IMG/VR virus record: IMGVR_UViG_3300025103_000071
Location: 1 to 35,593 of that record
From: a virus
Lineage: Duplodnaviria; Caudoviricetes
Strand: one strand, 5' to 3'
Length of the DNA stretch: 35,593 nt
In this document: piece by piece, positions 16,496 to 25,515 of the stretch
Position numbering within the stretch: the first letter of the stretch is position 1
Layout of the letters: each line of letters starts with the position of its first letter
Notes under the pieces: generated by a model
Seen by the model: the letters and a program-made list of their open reading frames with translations, nothing else
Told to the model about the DNA's origin: nothing
The model's database searches: none
Made by a program: the position numbers and the translations under genes

Positions 16496-16530
16496 TTAAC
16501 CCTTAATATTATTAAATTTAGGAGCATCAC

Positions 16531-17274
16531 ATGAAAAGAATACAACAAACTGACATAATTGAAAAACTATATAATTCATACTTAGAAGATCAAAAATATG
16601 TAAAGAAAGAAGGACATTTCTCGGCATCATCAGCAGGCAAATGTTATCGTGAACAATATTATATTATAAATAATTATGAGCAAGGTGATTTCGATGATAG
16701 AGTCAGAAGATTACTAAGACTTGGTACAATTGTCCATAAAGATTTTGAAACAGCTATAAATGATAAGAAAGATCAACTTGAAACAACAACTGATCTATTA
16801 ACAGAATATGAAGTTATAATACCTGAATTAAAGGTTGTGGGACACTTAGATATTGCTCTTGTTAATCATAAAGAGAAAAGAGTAGATATATATGACTTAA
16901 AGACCACTGGTGGATATAAATGGAGGTTATTATTTGGCAGAAAGCCTGATCCTAACCCAAGCTTCATGTATGAGCTACAAATAGGGACATATGCCCTTGG
17001 TTTGATGAATAAATATGATAATTATGATTATACATTAAGTCTTATATATTATAATAAAGATACAAGTGCTATGAAAGTTGTAAAGAAAGATGCTACTCAT
17101 TGGATTGATAAAGCATTAGAATACTGGACAGATTTAAATGAAACACTAGATGATATTGATAATGATAAAGATTTGATTCCTGGGGGAAGCATGGGTGTAC
17201 CTATGTATGATTGGCAGTGTAAATACTGTGGATTTAAAGAAGAATGCCCAGGAATATTCACACCAGCAAGATAA
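16531..17274 (+). CDS. PD-(D/E)XK exonuclease, Cas4/AddB-like
   Basis: 'SASSAGKC', 'GTIVH', 'GHLD', 'DLKT', 'QIGTY', C-terminal 'CKYC.....C' (four Cys, Fe-S pattern). Confidence 0.88.
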   Translation: MKRIQQTDIIEKLYNSYLEDQKYVKKEGHFSASSAGKCYREQYYIINNYEQGDFDDRVRRLLRLGTIVHKDFETAINDKKDQLETTTDLLTEYEVIIPELKVVGHLDIALVNHKEKRVDIYDLKTTGGYKWRLLFGRKPDPNPSFMYELQIGTYALGLMNKYDNYDYTLSLIYYNKDTSAMKVVKKDATHWIDKALEYWTDLNETLDDIDNDKDLIPGGSMGVPMYDWQCKYCGFKEECPGIFTPAR

Positions 17275-17285
17275 AGGAGAGACAG

Positions 17286-17918
17286 ATGGGGAATAATAAT
17301 GACCTACAAGTTGTATCTGACAATACTATTATAGTAACAGGTGCAATTCAAGAGATGTTAGTCAAAATAACTGATACTCATGAACTTGTCAGTTTAATAC
17401 CAACACCTAAAGCTTATATTAAGAAAAAGATGGGTTTAGACTATGTTGAGATAGGATACATGAAAAGAATGGCTGATGTACATTTTCCGGGTTGGACTTG
17501 GGAAATAATTAAAGGCGAAGCATTAGGCTCAGAAGCTTATGTTGTTCATGGCAGACTAAAATGGTTTGATAATGGAATATGGCGTACTGGAGACATGGTT
17601 GCAGCTCACAGAATACAAAAGAAACGAGGAACAAGTGAGTTTGTTGATGTTGGTAATGATATTAAATCAGCTAATACTGACACTATGAAGAAAGCATTCA
17701 ATATGTACTTGAATATTGCAGATGACATCTACAAAAATCAAGCTGAAGACCCTGAGTTATCAGATAAACAAAGAGATGATATTCTTGCAATAGCAATAAA
17801 TATAAGTGACGAGAAATTCAATCAAATTCAAGAATTAATAGAGAATGGTACTGTTAATACAATGAACTATAAAGGTTCAATAGCAAAGTTAAGGAGGCAA
17901 AGAGATGAAAAATCTTAA
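17286..17918 (+). CDS. Rad52/Sak-family single-strand annealing protein
   Basis: 'LDYVE...WTWEI...KSANTDTMKKAF'; adjacent to exonuclease; AAGGAG RBS before ATG 17286. Confidence 0.8.
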   Translation: MGNNNDLQVVSDNTIIVTGAIQEMLVKITDTHELVSLIPTPKAYIKKKMGLDYVEIGYMKRMADVHFPGWTWEIIKGEALGSEAYVVHGRLKWFDNGIWRTGDMVAAHRIQKKRGTSEFVDVGNDIKSANTDTMKKAFNMYLNIADDIYKNQAEDPELSDKQRDDILAIAINISDEKFNQIQELIENGTVNTMNYKGSIAKLRRQRDEKS

Positions 17919-18207
17919 TTCTCCCAGCAATAATGAAATGTTAGCTGGAGGAATGGAATACATAATAGGTCTAAATGATGGAAGAGACTTCCATGATGTG
18001 ATTTTTAAAGGAACTACTATGTATAATGGAAAACCCATGATGCGTTTTGAATTACAAGATGGTCGTGGATTAACAATAAACCCAAGTTATCACTCATTTA
18101 CATTGGAAGCGAAACAAACTTTTCCAATGCCAAGTGATTTCAATAAAACAAAACAAGAAGGAGACAATAATGGGAAAACTCACTCAATCACAAGCAGACG
18201 AGCTTAA
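17905..18207 (+). CDS. Hypothetical protein
   Basis: Track ORF with AGGAGG RBS. Confidence 0.65.
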   Translation: MKNLNSPSNNEMLAGGMEYIIGLNDGRDFHDVIFKGTTMYNGKPMMRFELQDGRGLTINPSYHSFTLEAKQTFPMPSDFNKTKQEGDNNGKTHSITSRRA

Positions 18208-18436
18208 GAAAGCAGGTATATTATCTACAAAGGTTATAAAGAACCTTCAAGATAATGATGCTATCTCTCAAGGAAGAAAATCTACCAAAAGGTATATGAA
18301 AACTTCTGACGGAGCATGGGTTTCGCCTCAATTCTACTTTGAAGGTGTGTCAAAGCACAAATATTCAAAGAAAATGAATGAATTGAAGGAAGCTGTTGAA
18401 AAAGTAATTAATAAGTTCACAACTGATCAAAAATAA
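18170..18436 (+). CDS. Hypothetical protein
   Basis: Track ORF 18134-18436; ATG 18170 has AAGGAG RBS. Confidence 0.7.
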   Translation: MGKLTQSQADELKKAGILSTKVIKNLQDNDAISQGRKSTKRYMKTSDGAWVSPQFYFEGVSKHKYSKKMNELKEAVEKVINKFTTDQK

Positions 18437-18449
18437 CAAGGAGTAAATC

Positions 18450-19025
18450 GTGAAAAAAACAAAAGCAGTATTTGACGAATCAAAAGATGGGTTTACATAT
18501 GTACCACCCGGTACATACCCCATGAATATCATTTCATTTGGTGTTAAAGACATTAATGACAGTAAAGTCTTTAATATGAAGTTTAGAGTATCAGAAGAAG
18601 TATCTAAGCTTAAAGTTGCTAAAACCATAAAAAATGGTGATGGTGGCTTTGTAACATCAAAAACAGATAATGGCGAAGATGAATTAATTTCAGCTGAATT
18701 TGTTTCTGGAATGGAATACTTCAATAAGGGTGTATGGCTTACACCTAACCCAGAAAAAGGTAAAGGATGGCAGAATCGTAAGTATTTAGAATTTTGTGAA
18801 AACATCGGAATAACCTTTGATAAGGACAAAGATGGCAATGTTCAATTGGGTGAAATTGAAGAAGAAGATGTATTAGGACTACCTTGTCTTGGTGCATTAA
18901 AAACTGATAAATTCACAAATGCTCAAGGAGAAGAAGTCTCTGTGTTGAAAGTAATGCAGGTCTTTCCTTGGGCAGATGGTACTAAATTATCCGAAGATGA
19001 ACTTGGAGATGATGTGCCATTTTAA
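18450..19025 (+). CDS. Probable single-stranded DNA-binding protein
   Basis: 'VPPGTY' N-terminal motif and acidic C-terminal tail 'EDELGDDVPF'; recombination-module context. Confidence 0.72.
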   Translation: MKKTKAVFDESKDGFTYVPPGTYPMNIISFGVKDINDSKVFNMKFRVSEEVSKLKVAKTIKNGDGGFVTSKTDNGEDELISAEFVSGMEYFNKGVWLTPNPEKGKGWQNRKYLEFCENIGITFDKDKDGNVQLGEIEEEDVLGLPCLGALKTDKFTNAQGEEVSVLKVMQVFPWADGTKLSEDELGDDVPF

Positions 19026-19058
19026 TAACCAGCTTTTAAAAAAAGGCTGACAAATGAA

Positions 19059-19094
19059 AAAAACGGGGATAGGTTGGCTCTTGTCCCCGTTTTT
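19059..19094 (+). terminator. Intrinsic terminator, possibly bidirectional
   Basis: AAAAACGGGGATAG...TTGTCCCCGTTTTT; a second hairpin CAGCTTTT/AAAGGCTG at 19030-19049. Confidence 0.8.
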
Positions 19095-19108
19095 ACTGAG
19101 AGGATATT

Positions 19109-19480
19109 ATGAATAAAGCAATATATGCATGGATTATACCCAAGGGACAAAAGAAAGAACGGAAAACATTTCTTGGTAAACACATTGGCAATACTATACA
19201 CAGAGAATTTCCATTTTCTAAAGCAGTACTATGGCAAAATAAGGAACTTAGCTTTGATAAGCGATTATTGGACTATGCACTAGAAACAAATGTAAAGTAT
19301 TTTGTTTTTAGCGATCCAGTTAAAAGAATAAGCCTTAAAGCAGGTATTAAAGCTTTACAAAATAATGGTTATGAAGAACAATATGGTGAAGGTACACAAT
19401 GGTATTTTTCAAAACAGTTAGCAAGAAAATTATCACAGCAAGAAAAGACACCTTATGTAAGTCGTGAGGTAGTTATATGA
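19109..19480 (+). CDS. Hypothetical protein
   Basis: Track ORF with AGGA RBS. Confidence 0.7.
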   Translation: MNKAIYAWIIPKGQKKERKTFLGKHIGNTIHREFPFSKAVLWQNKELSFDKRLLDYALETNVKYFVFSDPVKRISLKAGIKALQNNGYEEQYGEGTQWYFSKQLARKLSQQEKTPYVSREVVI

Positions 19481-19740
19481 AAACTTTACAACACAATGAA
19501 AAAATAGGTGTTGCTCTTACAGAAGAAGAAATGACCCTTACTATTAGAGCAATGACTGTAACACTAGCAGTTTTATCATTAATAGACAAGCTGGGATTAA
19601 CAACAGGCATTACAGGGTCTTCCCTAAAGTGGTTGGATAATCTCGAAAAGGACTACAGGAAAATATATGAAAGCTACAAAGAAAATAAAAAGGACAAATC
19701 TCTCCCTACGATACAAGAAGATTGCGAAACTTGCGACTAA
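19477..19740 (+). CDS. Hypothetical protein
   Basis: ATGA coupling, GAGG RBS. Confidence 0.65.
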   Translation: MKTLQHNEKIGVALTEEEMTLTIRAMTVTLAVLSLIDKLGLTTGITGSSLKWLDNLEKDYRKIYESYKENKKDKSLPTIQEDCETCD

Positions 19741-19975
19741 AGCATTAAATGATCAACCTGTATATAAACCACAAAAAGGATTGTCATTTCTTGAAGATGT
19801 GCCTATTGGTACTATATTTAAAACAGAAGCAATGGAGGGAGTCAAAATAAATGATTCAATTAATCCAGTTGTTTTAATATATGATGGGTCTAATACTGGT
19901 AAATACTCATTAGCAGGAAAGTGTGAAATTGAAATAATAACAATGGGGTATGTCCCTGAAGGAGAAGAAAAATGA
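19667..19975 (+). CDS. Hypothetical protein
   Basis: Track ORF on the operon strand; start uncertain. Confidence 0.55.
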   Translation: MKATKKIKRTNLSLRYKKIAKLATKALNDQPVYKPQKGLSFLEDVPIGTIFKTEAMEGVKINDSINPVVLIYDGSNTGKYSLAGKCEIEIITMGYVPEGEEK

Positions 19976-20136
19976 TAGTATTTGATATAGCAGGATGGAT
20001 AGCCAATACATTAGTTTTAGGGCTAGCAGCATTAATATGGTTAACAGTTATTTTTGGTTCTTGTATGTTGATTAGTATGGGAAAAAAAATAATTGATTCT
20101 TTTATAACAACAATAGAGAAAAGGAGAAACAAATGA
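19972..20136 (+). CDS. 54-aa membrane protein (MIVFDIAGWIANTLVLGLAALIWLTVIFG...)
   Basis: Hand-translated; AAGGAG RBS; ATGA coupling at both ends. Confidence 0.65.
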   Translation: MIVFDIAGWIANTLVLGLAALIWLTVIFGSCMLISMGKKIIDSFITTIEKRRNK

Positions 20137-20318
20137 TGAGATATTATTGGGAAGCACTATTTAGTGTAGAATATTTCCCTTACTGGGAATTCACTATGTT
20201 GATGATGCTTGTAATGTTATGTAGTATTCTATGGAGGTTGAATCGCATAGAACGCACACTGGATGATACTAATACAACTGTAAATTACCTGTTTACTAAG
20301 AAAATAGAGGAGGAATAA
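20133..20318 (+). CDS. Small membrane protein
   Basis: Hydrophobic stretch 'FTMLMMLVMLCSILW'; AAGGAG RBS. Confidence 0.65.
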   Translation: MMRYYWEALFSVEYFPYWEFTMLMMLVMLCSILWRLNRIERTLDDTNTTVNYLFTKKIEEE

Positions 20319-20319
20319 G

Positions 20320-20595
20320 ATGAGTAAAATGGGATACATACACTATCTTTGTGAAGAAGGCAACAGAAAAGAGTTAATAGAAGAACTTGGAAGTGTTGAG
20401 ATGGCAGATGGATTCTTACAAGCACATAATCAAATAAGATCAAAAAAAGATAGTAGTGCTTTTGGAAAGTTAAATGAAATAGTAGATAAAAGTTTAAAAA
20501 TAGTAAAAGAAAACATTGGTAAAGCAAAAGAAGAAAGTAAAAATGTAAAAACAGATTTGGATATGTTATTTAAAGATATAAATAGAACAAACTGA
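20320..20595 (+). CDS. Hypothetical protein
   Basis: Track ORF with GGAGG RBS. Confidence 0.7.
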   Translation: MSKMGYIHYLCEEGNRKELIEELGSVEMADGFLQAHNQIRSKKDSSAFGKLNEIVDKSLKIVKENIGKAKEESKNVKTDLDMLFKDINRTN

Positions 20596-20924
20596 TGCCT
20601 ACTCCATTTATGTGTCATTGGTGCGATAAGCCAACAATGAATGAAACTGGAATATGCATTGAATGTGAACAGAAATACGAAGAAGGCAATAAAGACATAG
20701 CAGGAACTGTAAGAGAACTTGAATCTAGAGTAAGATGGCTAGAAGATGGATTAAAAGAAATAGCGAGTGGAAGAGATGATATGAATGGAATATACATAAA
20801 ACAACAAGCTCAAGCAGTATTAGATGGAGAACCAACAACAGCTGATAAGCATAATGATGAACATAAATCACCTAATTTTCATACAATAATACAAAATATA
20901 GGCTACAGAGGAGAAGATGAGTAA
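20595..20924 (+). CDS. Zn-finger plus coiled-coil hypothetical protein
   Basis: CHWC...CIEC; TGATG coupling. Confidence 0.65.
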   Translation: MPTPFMCHWCDKPTMNETGICIECEQKYEEGNKDIAGTVRELESRVRWLEDGLKEIASGRDDMNGIYIKQQAQAVLDGEPTTADKHNDEHKSPNFHTIIQNIGYRGEDE

Positions 20925-21303
20925 TCTTAAATGTCCTTGTTGTGGATATGATTTTACAATTAGGTCTAATTATTCAAAAGATGTCATTAATCTTATAAGT
21001 GTATATGGGAAAGAAACTAAAAGTTTACTGAAAAAAGCGATGAGAGCAATATATGATAACGTAAGTAGCGATAAAGACGTATCTAGGTATTATCAATTCC
21101 TGTATGGTATAAGAAAAATTGAATCTGCTCATATTAAATATAGTGTGAGACTATTCATGGATAAAAATTATCACTTACAGGGTAAAGGATTTTCATATTT
21201 ATCTTCTATGATAAGAAATAGAAATGAAAATTATAATAATCAACTAAAAAACGAGAGGAGAAGTTATGGGAAAATCCCAAAGAAACAGCGTATCAGTGAT
21301 TGA
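20917..21303 (+). CDS. Hypothetical protein with N-terminal Zn ribbon half-site
   Basis: 'KCPCCG'; AGGAG RBS. Confidence 0.65.
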   Translation: MSNLKCPCCGYDFTIRSNYSKDVINLISVYGKETKSLLKKAMRAIYDNVSSDKDVSRYYQFLYGIRKIESAHIKYSVRLFMDKNYHLQGKGFSYLSSMIRNRNENYNNQLKNERRSYGKIPKKQRISD

Positions 21304-22069
21304 TACATTATTTCCAGTAATGGAAATACCTGCTACTTATGCTTTTAATGAAGAAGCTGGTATAGGAGATGTGAAATTAAACACAGGTTATAAGTTCATA
21401 GTAAGAGAGGACACCAATGAAGTATTAAGTTGTATGACAGATGAATACAAGTTGGTTTCAAATAAACAAGTTATTGATGAAATAGCAAAGCCATTAAAAA
21501 GTAGTGGAGCACATTTCAAAGAAGCTCAAATGTTTGGTGATGGAGCAAGAACACAATGGACTTGGTTATTTCCAGAAACAAAAGTTGATATTGGAGATGG
21601 TGATAATGTTAATCCAGAGATTACTGTCAAGAATAGTTACGATGGGAAATGGGAATTGTCATTTATGGCAGGTGCATTCAGATTAGTGTGCAGTAATGGA
21701 TTAGTAATTGGGACTATTCTTGATAGCAAAAGAAACAGACACTCAATATACAATACTAACCTTGACAAATTGTCCGAGCTGATAATGGATACTGTTAATA
21801 AGACCACTGATCTGTTTAATGAAGACTTTCCAATGTTACAATCCGTAAAAGTACATGATAAGTCTGTTCCAAATGTTGTTAAGCAATTGCCTCAGCAAGC
21901 AGTTGAACCTTTTGTTCGCTATTGTATGGGTCATAAGATTGAAAACTATTGGGATTTACTAAATGCTTTTACTTGGGTAACAAGTCATGCATTAAATCGT
22001 CAACATGAAAGTACTCATAGACTTGAAAGCAGAGTTTATCCTTTAATTAAGAATATGGCTACTGCATAA
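21266..22069 (+). CDS. DUF932/DUF945-family protein
   Basis: 'NSYDG...FRLVCSNGLV' signature; 'YKLVSN'. Confidence 0.85.
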   Translation: MGKSQRNSVSVIDTLFPVMEIPATYAFNEEAGIGDVKLNTGYKFIVREDTNEVLSCMTDEYKLVSNKQVIDEIAKPLKSSGAHFKEAQMFGDGARTQWTWLFPETKVDIGDGDNVNPEITVKNSYDGKWELSFMAGAFRLVCSNGLVIGTILDSKRNRHSIYNTNLDKLSELIMDTVNKTTDLFNEDFPMLQSVKVHDKSVPNVVKQLPQQAVEPFVRYCMGHKIENYWDLLNAFTWVTSHALNRQHESTHRLESRVYPLIKNMATA

Positions 22070-22070
22070 T

Positions 22071-22898
22071 ATGGATTCAGTCAACTGGAAAGATTGTCCA
22101 GTTATATTGCCTTATTGGGGAGGTAAAGTTCAACTTTCTAGACAGTTAGTTGGAATGATACCTCCCCACAATAGATATATAGAAGTATTTGCAGGTGGAC
22201 TTTCAATGTTTTTCAGAAAAAAGAAATGCAAACATAATGTTATTAATGATAAAGACAATGATATAGTAAACTTATATGAATCAGTTAGAACAGATTTTGA
22301 AGAATTCTCACATCACTTTAAATATTTAATCAAAAGTCGTGAATTGTTTAATAGATTTAAGGCAGTAGTAAAAAGTGATAAAAATATTAACATACCTAAT
22401 CCTAAAAGAGCAGCTGAATACTATTATATAATTAAATGTGCATTCAATAATAATTTTCATAACCCAATAAGTAAAGACCAAGAATGGAATAGTAAATTTT
22501 TAAAAGACATAGATTACTCAAAACAATACTTTGATAATGTAATGATAGAGAATTTTGACTTCAGGGAATTATTAAAGAGATACCCACCAAAACCAGATGA
22601 CTTCTGGTATCTTGACCCACCTTATATAGCAGCAACAGAACGTAAAGATTATTATTTCTTTACTTTTAATCAACAAGATCATAAGGATATGTTAGGAATA
22701 CTAAGGGCTATTGATGAAAAAGGTGGTAAATTTATGGTTTCCTATGACGATAGAAATGAAATAGAATCTCTATTAAAAGAGTTTGAAATATCAAAAGTAC
22801 AGACAAAATATGGCGGTAGACATTTTGATCCAAGTAAAGTATACAATGAATTAGTAATTACAAATTATAAACCACAAAAACAAGAAACCCTATTTTAA
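22071..22898 (+). CDS. Dam-like (D12 class) N6-adenine DNA methyltransferase
   Basis: 'YWGGK', 'EVFAGG', 'IND', 'YLDPPY'. Confidence 0.92.
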   Translation: MDSVNWKDCPVILPYWGGKVQLSRQLVGMIPPHNRYIEVFAGGLSMFFRKKKCKHNVINDKDNDIVNLYESVRTDFEEFSHHFKYLIKSRELFNRFKAVVKSDKNINIPNPKRAAEYYYIIKCAFNNNFHNPISKDQEWNSKFLKDIDYSKQYFDNVMIENFDFRELLKRYPPKPDDFWYLDPPYIAATERKDYYFFTFNQQDHKDMLGILRAIDEKGGKFMVSYDDRNEIESLLKEFEISKVQTKYGGRHFDPSKVYNELVITNYKPQKQETLF

Positions 22899-22907
22899 GG
22901 AGATAAT

Positions 22908-24260
22908 ATGCAGGGACTAAAAGACAATGCAGAACAAGTAGCTCCTCATTCAGTAGAGGCTGAAAGAGCGGTATTGGGTTCAGTATTACAAGCAGGTACA
23001 CCAATATTTGAAAAGGTTGGTGGATGGATAAGAAATACAGATGCTTTTTATTTGGATTTACATAGAAAAATATGGGATGCTTGTGTAGAATTATATAAAA
23101 TACATAATCCAATAGATATTATTACAATAAATAGTAAAATTAGAGAAACACATAAAGGAATGAGTGTTGGATATGAATTGAGTGGAATGGTAGATGATAT
23201 AGTATCAGTATCAAGAGCAGATGTTTATGCTAAAATTGTATGGGAAAAATATATACAGAGACAAATATCAAAATCGGCATATGAGCTTTATAGCATGAGT
23301 TATGATGAATATAGTGTAGTATCAGCAAGATTAGATTCACATATGAGACTAATAGGTGAATTACAGGACTTAGCACCTTCAAGAAAGCAAGATATTGCAG
23401 ATATTGTTAGTGCTGCTGTTGAGTCAATTAAAGATAAAACAAATGTAATCAGATATGGTATTCCACAATTAGATAAACCAGCTGGAGGTATGACTAGGAA
23501 AGAAATAACAGTTCTTGGTGGTCGTCCGGGTCATGGTAAAACAACACTCATGATTAATATTGTAAGAACTCTTATAGAACAAGATTACAAAGTAATGGTA
23601 TTCAATAGGGAAATGAGCAATACAGAAATGATGAATAAAATATTTGTTATGGAGGCTGATTTATTAAGTTATTCAGATTTAAGAGAAAAACATGATGAAA
23701 ATAACGAATCCATTGTTATGAAAGAAGTAAAAGGGGTTGCATCTCATGTAGATAAAAAATATAAAAAGTTACTAATGTATGATGATGTTAGAACTTTAGA
23801 TGAAAGCCTAAGAGAGTTAGGAAAAGAAAAACCAGATGTTGTTCTAGATGATTATATTCAACTTATAAAAGTAGATGGTGGATTTGATGGAAGAAGATTT
23901 GAAATAGAAAAAATAATGAATGAATATAAATGGGCTTGTAAGCGTTATGATTGTTCTGCTTTTCTATTAAGTCAATTAAATAGAGCTATAGAGATGAGAG
24001 CAGACCCAAGACCTAGAATGAGTGATTACTCAGAGAGTGGTGTAATAGAACAAACTGCAGAGACAGCATTATTCTTATGGTATGGATATAATTTTGATGA
24101 CTCAGCATATGATAAGAATGAAGCAGATGTAATAGCAGCTAAATCAAGATATGGACAAGTTGGAACGTACACTATTGGATTTAGTGGAGATAAATGTAAA
24201 TATTATAATACAGTTGAAGAAGCACAAGCAAATCAAAGAAAATCCCTACTATTGGATTGA
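22908..24260 (+). CDS. dnaB: Replicative DNA helicase DnaB
   Basis: 'PHSVEAERAVLG', Walker A 'GRPGHGKT', 'DYIQL', 'SQLNR', 'ESGVIEQTA', 'AKSRYG'. Confidence 0.95.
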   Translation: MQGLKDNAEQVAPHSVEAERAVLGSVLQAGTPIFEKVGGWIRNTDAFYLDLHRKIWDACVELYKIHNPIDIITINSKIRETHKGMSVGYELSGMVDDIVSVSRADVYAKIVWEKYIQRQISKSAYELYSMSYDEYSVVSARLDSHMRLIGELQDLAPSRKQDIADIVSAAVESIKDKTNVIRYGIPQLDKPAGGMTRKEITVLGGRPGHGKTTLMINIVRTLIEQDYKVMVFNREMSNTEMMNKIFVMEADLLSYSDLREKHDENNESIVMKEVKGVASHVDKKYKKLLMYDDVRTLDESLRELGKEKPDVVLDDYIQLIKVDGGFDGRRFEIEKIMNEYKWACKRYDCSAFLLSQLNRAIEMRADPRPRMSDYSESGVIEQTAETALFLWYGYNFDDSAYDKNEADVIAAKSRYGQVGTYTIGFSGDKCKYYNTVEEAQANQRKSLLLD

Positions 24261-24441
24261 AAAATATGCCAATGCTCAAGAAATAATGGGTATTGATATA
24301 ACTTTAAAACATAAAAGGGAAATTATAGGATATGATTGTTTAGAAGATCAACCTGTAAGAAAACTCAAACAACTGATATACGCATTGCGTTATGTCTACA
24401 AAGGCATCCGAAGGAGCGAAGCAAAAAGCGAGAGCGACTGA
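24151..24441 (+). CDS. Hypothetical protein (start uncertain)
   Basis: Track ORF overlapping the dnaB 3' end. Confidence 0.45.
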   Translation: MDKLERTLLDLVEINVNIIIQLKKHKQIKENPYYWIEKYANAQEIMGIDITLKHKREIIGYDCLEDQPVRKLKQLIYALRYVYKGIRRSEAKSESD

Positions 24442-24462
24442 GGATGCCATTAAGGGAGGAAA

Positions 24463-24663
24463 ATGAAACAATCAAATATACATCATGAAATAACTGAAGT
24501 AAGAAGTGGGGCAGACAGTTTAAACAATGTTTTATTCCAGCTTATACAAAGAATAAACGATCTTGAATACAGATTGTCTTATGTAGATAGACTTCCGTAT
24601 CCTGCACGTGATGAAAATGGTGAATTAAGATATGATACATTGGAATTAAAGGAGAAAAAATAA
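24463..24663 (+). CDS. Hypothetical small coiled-coil protein
   Basis: GGAGG RBS; TAATG coupling. Confidence 0.65.
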   Translation: MKQSNIHHEITEVRSGADSLNNVLFQLIQRINDLEYRLSYVDRLPYPARDENGELRYDTLELKEKK

Positions 24664-25175
24664 TGTCAAGTATATCCAGAATATATGTGGGTATTGACCC
24701 AGGTGCTAGTGGTGGTATTGCAGCTATAGCACACGATAAGAAAGATAAAGTCTATTTAAAAGGAATATGGGCATGGAAAGACCCCAATACAGCTTCAGAG
24801 ATAATGCATTCTTTTGGTACACAAGATAATGGTAACGTATGGGTACAGGCATTAATAGAGAATGTACACGCTTTCCCTTCAGATGGGAGAAGTAGTGCAT
24901 TCAAATTTGGAATGAATCTTGGAATGTGGAAAGGTCTACTGGCAGCGTATAACATTAGTTATACAAGCATGATTCCACAGCAATGGATGAAACAATATGG
25001 TACAGTTAAAAAAGAGAAAAAAGAGCGTAAAAATCAATTAAAGGATTGGGCTTACATAATAGGAAAAAAGCTCGATTACGATGGCAAAATAACGCTTAAA
25101 ACAGCAGATGCTTTGTTGATAGCGAATTGCCTTTCCAATAACTACCTAGACGAAGGAGAGCAAAAATGGCTCTAG
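24663..25175 (+). CDS. RuvC-like Holliday junction resolvase
   Basis: 'GIDPG..GGIA', 'IENV', 'SAFKFG', 'ADALLIA'. Confidence 0.88.
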   Translation: MSSISRIYVGIDPGASGGIAAIAHDKKDKVYLKGIWAWKDPNTASEIMHSFGTQDNGNVWVQALIENVHAFPSDGRSSAFKFGMNLGMWKGLLAAYNISYTSMIPQQWMKQYGTVKKEKKERKNQLKDWAYIIGKKLDYDGKITLKTADALLIANCLSNNYLDEGEQKWL

Positions 25176-25387
25176 ACATGAACAATGCAAATTTCCTTGA
25201 AATAAAAGGAAAATGGAAATATGGAAATGAATACATTGGAACTGATTTAACTGAAATTGATGGAGTTAATTATCTTAAAGTAATATTATATCCATTTGAA
25301 ATAACTCTTATATCATCATTTAAAAATATTGGCTTTGGCTTAAAAATATTTAAAGTAAACTTTTCATTTAACATATCCGCATTATAA
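25166..25387 (+). CDS. Hypothetical protein
   Basis: AAGGAG RBS. Confidence 0.6.
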   Translation: MALDMNNANFLEIKGKWKYGNEYIGTDLTEIDGVNYLKVILYPFEITLISSFKNIGFGLKIFKVNFSFNISAL

Positions 25388-25515
25388 TGTTAGATAGGTT
25401 TGATATTAAGTATCTAAGAGAAGAACTGGAAAAATTAAAAACTATACATCGAAGTATTAAAAGTATAGTTGAAACAATAGAAAGAATAATTAGCAGAGCT
25501 GGAAAGAAATATTAA
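25387..25515 (+). CDS. 42-aa hypothetical protein (MLDRFDIKYLREELEKL...)
   Basis: Hand-translated; TAATG coupling; stop shares TTAA with the convergent gene. Confidence 0.5.
   Translation: MLDRFDIKYLREELEKLKTIHRSIKSIVETIERIISRAGKKY

Noticed and set aside
16531-17274. Cas4 as part of a CRISPR system
   Set aside because: No cas1/cas2 or array; neighbours are Sak and SSB, typical of a phage recombination exonuclease
15809-20797. Minus-strand ORFs inside the plus block (for example 18365-18838, 19890-20132)
   Set aside because: Antisense shadows of genes with clear RBS and coupling
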